From a bacterium (GTDB lineage Bacteria > Arandabacterota > Arandabacteria > Arandabacterales > JALGWA01), in assembly GCA_050125095.1 (NCBI GenBank), contig JASFEA010000110.1, positions 1-10,626 of the forward strand: a DNA stretch of 10,626 bases, in the 5' to 3' direction. The position numbers were made by a program, and so were the translations under genes. The stretch's first letter is position 1; each line of letters begins with the position of its first letter. This document shows positions 1-6,269 of the stretch, piece after piece. The notes beneath the pieces were generated by a model. The model was given only the letters and a program-made list of their open reading frames with translations, ran no database searches and was not told the DNA's origin.

Positions 1-788
1 TATTCTATCACGAAAACCGCATATGCCATCTCATCGATTTCATAACCCGCTGCGACACCCTGGGTGTTGCCGCTTAGATTGAATACGTTTTCACTGCTCA
101 TGTAGCGGATATTGTTGAGGCCTATAGGCCCCCTGAAGACTTTCTCGCTTCGCGCTACCAGGCCTTCTTCGGGGAGCAGACCCACGATGGCCGGCACCGA
201 GCCCGCTTCTTTGATGTTCGCCGCAAGCGCATTTCCCAGGTCGATCATGACGGCCTGCGTCTCCGCCTCCATGTCGAAGGTGAGGAGACGACAGTAGTAT
301 CTCCCTTTCCAGAAATCCAGTGACGACATCGTGAGCATGCCCTCGTTGCCGACATCGACGAAGTCGGCTCCGGCATAGCGTACATTGCTGTAAATCCCGA
401 AGGCCGCGGCGTCGCTTCCCATATCGTATATGCTGACTTCAATCCCCCTGTCCGAAGCGGTCCTGTATTCCGCCGAGGCGATGGAGGATATGCCGTATTC
501 GAAGTAGATCTCCGCGCCGCCGTTAAGGAAGTCATAGAGCGTCTCGCCCTCGTACTCGGCTATCTCGCCCATGCCGGCTACTCCGGGAACGGCATCGGGA
601 TCGGGGAGATGCGCCGCGAGCCCGCTCTTATCCGCCTTCTCGGAGCAGCCCATGACCGCCAAGCAGACGAGAGCAACCGAAGCGAACACCGACACGCTAC
701 TGCATACACTCTTGCATACGCTCGTGCATACACTCTTGCACGCACTCCTGCAAACGCTCTTTCCGCTTTCAGTTTCCCTCCTAAACAC
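1..788 (-). CDS. DUF6599-like lipoprotein, 3'-truncated by the window edge (>262 aa), with a Cys-repeat N-terminal extension
   Basis: Translated by hand; absent from the ORF track because no stop lies in the window. GTG at 788-786, AGGAGG at 799-794, frame open to position 1: MFRRETESGKSVCRSACKSVCTSVCKSVCSSVSVFASVALVCLAVMG|CSEKADK...ETLYDFLNGGAEIYFEYG...VSIYDMGSDAAAFGIYS...LDFWKGRYYCRL...LLPEEGLVARSEKVFRGPIGLNN. Lipobox-like VMGC (Cys48, 647-645). The LY..NGGAE.Y..YG and IYDMG...AFGIYS motifs match my recollection of DUF6599. Confidence 0.8.
   Translation of the reverse strand, partial: MFRRETESGKSVCRSACKSVCTSVCKSVCSSVSVFASVALVCLAVMGCSEKADKSGLAAHLPDPDAVPGVAGMGEIAEYEGETLYDFLNGGAEIYFEYGISSIASAEYRTASDRGIEVSIYDMGSDAAAFGIYSNVRYAGADFVDVGNEGMLTMSSLDFWKGRYYCRLLTFDMEAETQAVMIDLGNALAANIKEAGSVPAIVGLLPEEGLVARSEKVFRGPIGLNNIRYMSSENVFNLSGNTQGVAAGYEIDEMAYAVFVIE
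701..760. repeat. 5 x 12-bp imperfect tandem repeat (TGCATACACTCT consensus) inside the lipoprotein 5' end
   Basis: Units: tgcatacactct 701-712, tgcatacgctcg 713-724, tgcatacactct 725-736, tgcacgcactcc 737-748, tgcaaacgctct 749-760. On the minus strand it encodes SVCR-SACK-SVCT-SVCK-SVCS. Confidence 0.95.
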
Positions 789-2391
789 CTCTTCCTCCTG
801 AGTATCGCTCGGGGTGACGGTCTTCATTTCTCGCGGTAACCCTTATGCCCGGCTCGTCCTTCAAAGGGCACTTGTTCTCACAGATGCCGCAGCCGATGCA
901 GGTCTCGGTCACCACGTAAGGCCTCTTCACGGTAATGATCCTGTTGGTCTCCTGCTCCAGGACTTCCACGTCCCAGAACTTTATGGACTTCTCTGGAGTC
1001 GGGCAGTGTTCCTCGCAAACCAGGCAGTTTATGTTCTCATTCCAGGGGTAGCACTTGTCCTTGTTGAAATAAGCCGTTCCTATCTTGGTCTCTTTCTTCA
1101 CATCGAGCGCGAGCTCCTTTATGGCCCCCGTGGGACACACCTCGCCGCAGGAGTTGCACTCGTAGTCGCAGTGTCCCAGCGACGGTACGAGCTTGGGCGT
1201 GCCGATTCCCTCCAGGTCGGCCTCAAAGAGGGTCGGATGCAGCCCGTTTGTGGGGCATACCTTCATACATTCGCCGCAACGTATGCACCTGTCCAGGAAG
1301 TCCTCTTCGGCGAGCGACCCAGGCGGGCGGATAAGCCACGGGCTGGGGTCGCGGTCGGTGCTTCGGAGCTTGAGGAAAGGCACGCTCACCGCGGCGACGA
1401 CGGCCGACTGCATGAAACGCCGCCTGGAGAGGTTGAGCCCATCGGGAATGCTCTCGCGCTCGCTGCGTATGCTGACGGCAGGCGACCGGAACCTGAGCTT
1501 CACCGCCCCGGCCGGGCACACGCCCTCGCAATTGAAACACTCGACGCATTCCTGTACCCGGTAGCTCTCGGCCTTATCGGCGATTGCCGCCGTTTTGCAC
1601 TCCAGCGCGCATCGATTGCATTTCGTGCACTTGTCTCGGTCGACAGTCCACCTGAGCAAACAGAATTTGGATAGAAGCCCGAGAGAAGCGCCCAGCGGAC
1701 ACAGATACCTGCACCAGAACCTGGGCTGCAAGAAGGACAACGCAAGGACCCCGACGAAAAACCCGAAGACTACGTGATGCAGCCAGGATATGGTCTGGTA
1801 GCCGATGTCGGGATTAGGGTAGAAGACATGCGATTTCAGGAAGCCATAAAGCGGCTCGGAAACACTATTTATCACCGGGACCTGCCAGAGCGGCGACAGG
1901 ATAGCCTTGGCTACGAAAGTGAAGTAGGGATAAATGGCCAGGGCATAGGATCTTGTCACAAGCGGAATCGGGTCCAGTATCCAGGCGATCTGAGTACTGA
2001 AAACGGCCGCCACAAGGAAGGCCGCGAGAATATAGTACTTGAGGTTGCGAAGGCCCGCTGAGTGGGCGACCCTGGGATTCCGGACGTGCTTGCGCTTTCC
2101 CCGGATCAGGCGTTCCCAGATATCGAGTGTCGTCCCCATGGGGCACACCCAGTTGCAGAAGAACCTCCCCAAGAGAATCGTGAGCAGCACAATCAATATG
2201 GCGGCGCGGAACCTGGCGATGATGATGGACGCGCTCCAGGACGAGAACGCCGTGGATATCGCGGCGAGCGGGTCGAGATGCATAAAGAAATCCGGTTTCA
2301 AAGGAAACTCAACCGGCGATACGGTACGTATGAGAAGAATGAGAAACAGCGCAAAGAAAGCGAGTTGGACGATGCGCCTTATATTACTCAT
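781..2391 (-). CDS. Membrane polyferredoxin (4Fe-4S binding protein): NapH/MauN-like membrane part fused to a NapG/MauM-like ferredoxin part, 536 aa
   Basis: Several hydrophobic helices; two CxxxCP motifs (RFFCNWVCPMG, RFWCRYLCPLG); six 4Fe-4S-type motifs (CTKCNRCALEC, CVECFNCEGVCP, CIRCGECMKVCP, CDYECNSCGEVCP, C...CLVCEEHCP, CIGCGICENKCP); internal SRRRFM followed by LIRPPG as in NapG/MauM. Start moved from 2415 to ATG 2391 (MSNIRRIVQ), which overlaps the upstream stop by 8 nt. Confidence 0.9.
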   Translation of the reverse strand: MSNIRRIVQLAFFALFLILLIRTVSPVEFPLKPDFFMHLDPLAAISTAFSSWSASIIIARFRAAILIVLLTILLGRFFCNWVCPMGTTLDIWERLIRGKRKHVRNPRVAHSAGLRNLKYYILAAFLVAAVFSTQIAWILDPIPLVTRSYALAIYPYFTFVAKAILSPLWQVPVINSVSEPLYGFLKSHVFYPNPDIGYQTISWLHHVVFGFFVGVLALSFLQPRFWCRYLCPLGASLGLLSKFCLLRWTVDRDKCTKCNRCALECKTAAIADKAESYRVQECVECFNCEGVCPAGAVKLRFRSPAVSIRSERESIPDGLNLSRRRFMQSAVVAAVSVPFLKLRSTDRDPSPWLIRPPGSLAEEDFLDRCIRCGECMKVCPTNGLHPTLFEADLEGIGTPKLVPSLGHCDYECNSCGEVCPTGAIKELALDVKKETKIGTAYFNKDKCYPWNENINCLVCEEHCPTPEKSIKFWDVEVLEQETNRIITVKRPYVVTETCIGCGICENKCPLKDEPGIRVTARNEDRHPERYSGGRGV

Positions 2392-2938
2392 TATCCAGGA
2401 TCTTCCCATCGACATTCAGCGCGAACTGCTTGAGAATGTTGAGGCCCTCTTCTGCGTCTGAATTGACCGTCAGCAGAACATAGTACTTCCCTCGATGGAA
2501 GGACATGCGCGTTACCCACCCGACGGTCTTGTAATGGGCTTCCTCTCCCGCGCCATCCACCCATGGCACAGCGTCCCCGAAATCAGTTTCGGGAGCATCA
2601 TATACAGTCTGGGCATTCTCGCTTGTCCCCTGGTCGAATATCAAGATGTCAAGGACCTTCGATTCTTCGTTGATGGTGCCATTATAGTTCTGATAAGCGC
2701 CTTCCTGGAAACCATTCTGAATATTGATTTCGCCGGCACCGTCGATTATGTCGAAAAGCTCGGTATCATTACGGGCGACCCATCTCTCATCTCCATAAAC
2801 CCATCCTGCCAGCTCGTTGTTCTTGACAAGCAGGTCCTCTACGCTGATTGCCTCCGGTTCACTCGTGCTCTTACTGCAGGCTGCAGTTAACGCCAAGAGA
2901 AGTAGTAGTGCCGGAAGTATATACGTCCGGGTTTTCAT
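2384..2938 (-). CDS. Single-domain DUF6599-like lipoprotein, 184 aa
   Basis: GGAGGT RBS 5 nt before ATG; signal peptide MKTRTYILPALLLLLALTAA|C with lipobox; motifs LFDIIDGAGEINIQNGF, IFDQGTSENA and FHRGKYYV align by eye with the 1-788 protein. Confidence 0.8.
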   Translation of the reverse strand: MKTRTYILPALLLLLALTAACSKSTSEPEAISVEDLLVKNNELAGWVYGDERWVARNDTELFDIIDGAGEINIQNGFQEGAYQNYNGTINEESKVLDILIFDQGTSENAQTVYDAPETDFGDAVPWVDGAGEEAHYKTVGWVTRMSFHRGKYYVLLTVNSDAEEGLNILKQFALNVDGKILDNE

Positions 2939-3001
2939 TGATTACCTCCAAAGTTTCTCTAGCTGAGTGCGGTCTTCGGCACGAGGTTTCTCTCCTACAC
3001 T

Positions 3002-3030
3002 TATATACCCGAAAACCGCCGACCTTTCAA
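3002..3030 (-). promoter_or_regulatory. Putative sigma70 promoter for the lipoprotein/polyferredoxin operon
   Basis: Minus strand TTGAAA (3030-3025) - 17 bp - TATATA (3007-3002), about 65 nt upstream of ATG 2938. The -10 lacks the conserved final T. Confidence 0.5.
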
Positions 3031-3108
3031 GGAGTGGTCTGTGCGCGGCCTGCCGGCCTCATTAATCGGCAGTCCCCCGAGGTGCTTTAGCACCGCAATC
3101 AACGCGGG

Positions 3109-3137
3109 TTGTCGGTTTTCGGCTTCTATGGTAAAAT
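3109..3137 (+). promoter_or_regulatory. Putative sigma70 promoter (extended -10) for the peptidase gene
   Basis: TTGTCG (3109-3114) - 17 bp - TAAAAT (3132-3137) with TGn at 3129-3131; AT-rich patch in a GC-rich background. Confidence 0.7.
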
Positions 3138-3255
3138 ACAATATGTAAGCTCCTTTTCCCAGCAGTATGGCTGTCCGATTCGGACGCCGATGTCGTGTCT
3201 CCCCTGTCCAGGTCTACCGCGCGAAATCCGCTCGATGCGGAGGGGGGAATTCAGG

Positions 3256-6225
3256 ATGAGGACAATCGCTGCATGCTTCCTTATGTTCATCATGTTTCTG
3301 GCGACTGCGGCCGGAGCCGACGAGCCGGCCGAACAAATGGCACTGGATGTAGCCAGGGCGGGGCTCGAGCGCGCCGTCAGGGTTGGCAGTGAAGAGATAG
3401 TCCCCAGGGCGGACTTGACCGGCGCCCGCGTCGACGAGGTCCATTTCGTGCACCACCCCGAGTCCCTCGCCAGAGTGTACGGCATGGCGCCGGTCCGGAA
3501 ACCGAACGGCCACATCGTCGGTCTCATCGGCGTGGACGCGGAGGCCACGAAATGCCTGTGGTACAACTTCCACTTCCCGCTGGATGACTTCCCGCCGGTA
3601 CCCGCGTCACGGGCAAGTGAGACCGTAGAGGCGAGGCGCCATGCGATGGGCGAAGAGGGCAAGACCCCGGAGCCCTTGCTCATAGAGGGCTGCGACAGGC
3701 ACCTCTACTGGAGATTCGACACACCGGACGGCGAGTCCATGCTGATAGACGCTGTCAGGGCCGGCGCGGATGTGCTGGATACGCGTGACGGAACGGCGGA
3801 TGTCGCGCTTGTCTCACGAGCCGTGAAACTCGCACCGGGCGAGCCCGGACCCGGGCTCGGGGCGGCCGTTTACGATACCGAATCCCGGCCTGTCCTCCGC
3901 GCAATGCCCGCCTGCTATGACATACCGGGCATCCCCTACCACTTCCAGATTACCAGCTGGTACTGCGGGCCATCCTCGCTGCAGATGATCATGGACTATT
4001 ATGGGGAGGAAGTCGGTCAGCACAACATAGCGGATGTCGCCGACGACGTCCCGGGCGGCGGTTGTGCGAGAAGCAACATGCGGCGGGCGGCCCATTTCAG
4101 CGGCATGAGCACAGCCATACAGGACTCATCCCTCATCGGATACATCGAGAGGAAGCTCGGCTACGCCTGTATTGACGCTATGATCCTCTCCAATCCGCGC
4201 CAGAAACTCAAGAACACCATATGGGCACAGCATCCCATGTTCGTCCTGACCTGGTTCAGCGGCGCCCATACCGCGGGGCACTATCGCGTGGTAAAGGGCT
4301 ATGACGACAGCCTGGACGTCTTCATCATGCATGATCCGTGGTATGCCGGCGCGCTATGCGGTCCGGACCTCATCGTGGACCAGGCTTTCTTCGTGGACGA
4401 CCTCTGGGACTACAGCGATCACTGGGGCATGGTGGCAAGCCCGTGGATGCTGACGCCCACAGTGGACAACTCAGTTAGCGCTGGCGACACCTTCACGGTG
4501 GACCTCAGGGTGCTGTACCCGGGGCCGACGCGTTTCAGCGGGGCATACACTTGCACCGACTGCGAAGCAACCATAAGTCTCCCGGCCGGACTGAGTCTGG
4601 CGAGCGGGTCGCTGACCATATCGCTTGCCGACATGTCATCGGGGGACAGCGCCGATGTCTCGTGGGAAGTAGTGGCGGACGGGCCGGCCGGTGATTGGAC
4701 CATGGCGTTTACATCACAGGGCGTACTGAACGGCACATCGAGCTCATACATATCATACAGCGACAGCATCGGCGGCCACGCATGCGAGACCGTGACCGTC
4801 GGAAGCACCCTGCTTGCCGGATGGGATGAGGAGGAGCGGCTGACGTCGGATGACGGCAGCAGTGAGACCTGCATCCCCAGCGGAAGGGCCATGGTAATGG
4901 AAGACGACGGGACCGTGCACATCGTATGGGCCGACACCCGTGACGATACCAGCGAGATATACTACCGCCGGAGGTCTGGTGGCGCATGGGAACCCGAGGC
5001 GAGACTCACGCAATATCCCAGTTACTCCTTCGGACCCTGCATAGCGCTTGCGCCCGACGGCGGACTTCACGTGGCCTGGGTCGACTGGCGGGACGGCAAT
5101 CAGGAGATCTATTACAAGTCCTGGGATGAGTCGGGCGGTTGGACCGCCGATGAGCGCGTGACGTCCTATAATGAGATAGACCGCAATCCGGCGCTGGCTG
5201 TAGTCGACACTGCAGTTTGCCTTGTCTGGGAAAGCCGTCAGGGCGGCGCTTTCAGAACCGCCGCGGTGCAGTTTTCCTACCGCACGGCGGCAGGGTGGTC
5301 GACGCCGCTTGATGTCGACGCGTCGCCGGCCAGGGACTCGTACCGGCCGTCCCTTGCGGTCGGAGAAGACGGGCTTGTACACCTGGTGTATGAAAGGCAG
5401 ACGGCAAACACGCCCGATGAGAATGAGAGAATAGTCCACCAAAGCTGGAACGGTCTGGCATGGTCTGGGCGCACCGGCATTTCCAGCGACGTATCCTTCT
5501 CCCGGAACGCAGTTATCGCAGCCGGTCCCGATTCCACCCTGCATGTGGTCTGGCATGACGGTGAGAACATAAACACCGACATCTTCTATGCCATGTACGA
5601 CGGATCGGCCTGGCAGCCGGTGGAGGAGATAGTTACCAATGGCTATGAGGCCTCCACCCCGTCGGTCGCGGCGGACGGAGCCGGAGATGTTCACGTGGTC
5701 TGGTCAGACCACAGAAACGGCGAGACCGAGATTTACTCGATGACGAAGGGCGGCTCGGGCTGGGGAGACGAGACGCGGATCACCCGCGCTGTCGGTGCAT
5801 CCGTCCTGCCCAGCGTCGCGGCTGATATTGCCGGTGACATCGCGATACTATGGACGGACTTCAGACACGACCAGGCGGACCTCTACTATATAGAGTCGGA
5901 AGCGGGCTCGGGCGTACCGGGTGACACACCTGTGGCCGCTGGCGCGCGCCTGGTCTACCTTGCGCGGCCTTATCCCATGCCTTTCAGGTCGGTGGCGCGG
6001 CTGTCATTCTCACTGGCCGATCATGCGCATGTATCGCTTGATGTGTTCGACGTGACGGGGCGGCTTGTCAGGACGCTGGCGCGCGGGGAATACGGCGCCG
6101 GCGATCACAGTGTCGCCTGGGACGGCACGGACGGCCGGGGCGGCCCGGCTGCGCCCGGGGTCTACTTCGTTCGCTGCGCAACGACCGCCGAGAGCCATGT
6201 GAGGCGTCTGGTGTTTGTGAAATAA
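3256..6225 (+). CDS. Secreted modular C39-like (papain-fold) cysteine peptidase with Ig-like domain, beta-propeller and C-terminal FlgD-Ig/T9SS-like domain, 989 aa
   Basis: ATG 3256 after a GGAGGGGG RBS; Sec signal MRTIAACFLMFIMFLATAAGA|D. Motifs IPYHFQITSWYCGPSSLQMIMDYYG (Gln 3946, Cys 3964), GHYRVVKGYD (His 4279) and HDP (Asp 4333). Seven HxVWxD...EIYY-type repeats at about 4830-5900. Tail PYPMPF...FDVTGRLVRTL...WDGTDGRG...PGVYFVR. The ORF-track TTG start at 3109 coincides with the -35 box and is rejected. Confidence 0.85.
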   Translation: MRTIAACFLMFIMFLATAAGADEPAEQMALDVARAGLERAVRVGSEEIVPRADLTGARVDEVHFVHHPESLARVYGMAPVRKPNGHIVGLIGVDAEATKCLWYNFHFPLDDFPPVPASRASETVEARRHAMGEEGKTPEPLLIEGCDRHLYWRFDTPDGESMLIDAVRAGADVLDTRDGTADVALVSRAVKLAPGEPGPGLGAAVYDTESRPVLRAMPACYDIPGIPYHFQITSWYCGPSSLQMIMDYYGEEVGQHNIADVADDVPGGGCARSNMRRAAHFSGMSTAIQDSSLIGYIERKLGYACIDAMILSNPRQKLKNTIWAQHPMFVLTWFSGAHTAGHYRVVKGYDDSLDVFIMHDPWYAGALCGPDLIVDQAFFVDDLWDYSDHWGMVASPWMLTPTVDNSVSAGDTFTVDLRVLYPGPTRFSGAYTCTDCEATISLPAGLSLASGSLTISLADMSSGDSADVSWEVVADGPAGDWTMAFTSQGVLNGTSSSYISYSDSIGGHACETVTVGSTLLAGWDEEERLTSDDGSSETCIPSGRAMVMEDDGTVHIVWADTRDDTSEIYYRRRSGGAWEPEARLTQYPSYSFGPCIALAPDGGLHVAWVDWRDGNQEIYYKSWDESGGWTADERVTSYNEIDRNPALAVVDTAVCLVWESRQGGAFRTAAVQFSYRTAAGWSTPLDVDASPARDSYRPSLAVGEDGLVHLVYERQTANTPDENERIVHQSWNGLAWSGRTGISSDVSFSRNAVIAAGPDSTLHVVWHDGENINTDIFYAMYDGSAWQPVEEIVTNGYEASTPSVAADGAGDVHVVWSDHRNGETEIYSMTKGGSGWGDETRITRAVGASVLPSVAADIAGDIAILWTDFRHDQADLYYIESEAGSGVPGDTPVAAGARLVYLARPYPMPFRSVARLSFSLADHAHVSLDVFDVTGRLVRTLARGEYGAGDHSVAWDGTDGRGGPAAPGVYFVRCATTAESHVRRLVFVK

Positions 6226-6269
6226 GATTATCCTTGATTGAGGGGATTGGAGATAAAGGAAGGGGCCGG

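Noticed and set aside
701..760. CRISPR array interpretation of the repeats (also 9548-9573)
   Set aside because: Units are 12-13 bp and directly adjacent with no spacers; no cas genes in the window.
571..839. Plus-strand ORFs 571-801 (TLLH repeats) and 609-839 (AYTL repeats)
   Set aside because: Antisense readings of the 12-bp repeat lying within a well-supported minus-strand gene.
2392..2415. ORF-track start of the polyferredoxin at 2415
   Set aside because: It would overlap the upstream gene by 32 nt; ATG 2391 gives a family-typical start (RRIVQ) and the same 8-nt overlap as the next junction.
2620..2780. Locally lower GC in the 184-aa lipoprotein gene as a sign of horizontal transfer
   Set aside because: The dip is short, neighbouring parts of the same gene are GC-rich, and the gene is coupled to the operon with no mobility signatures.
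3044..3054. 11-mer CGCGGCCTGCC also present at 9729-9739
   Set aside because: Very GC-rich word in different contexts (here overlapping a small hairpin at 3050-3072); plausibly chance.
3109..3255. 49-aa N-terminal extension of the peptidase ORF from TTG 3109
   Set aside because: The TTG is the -35 box of the predicted promoter; ATG 3256 has an RBS and begins a clean signal peptide.
6226..6269. Possible bidirectional terminator between the convergent genes
   Set aside because: The 44-bp gap has no convincing GC stem with a U-tract on either strand.
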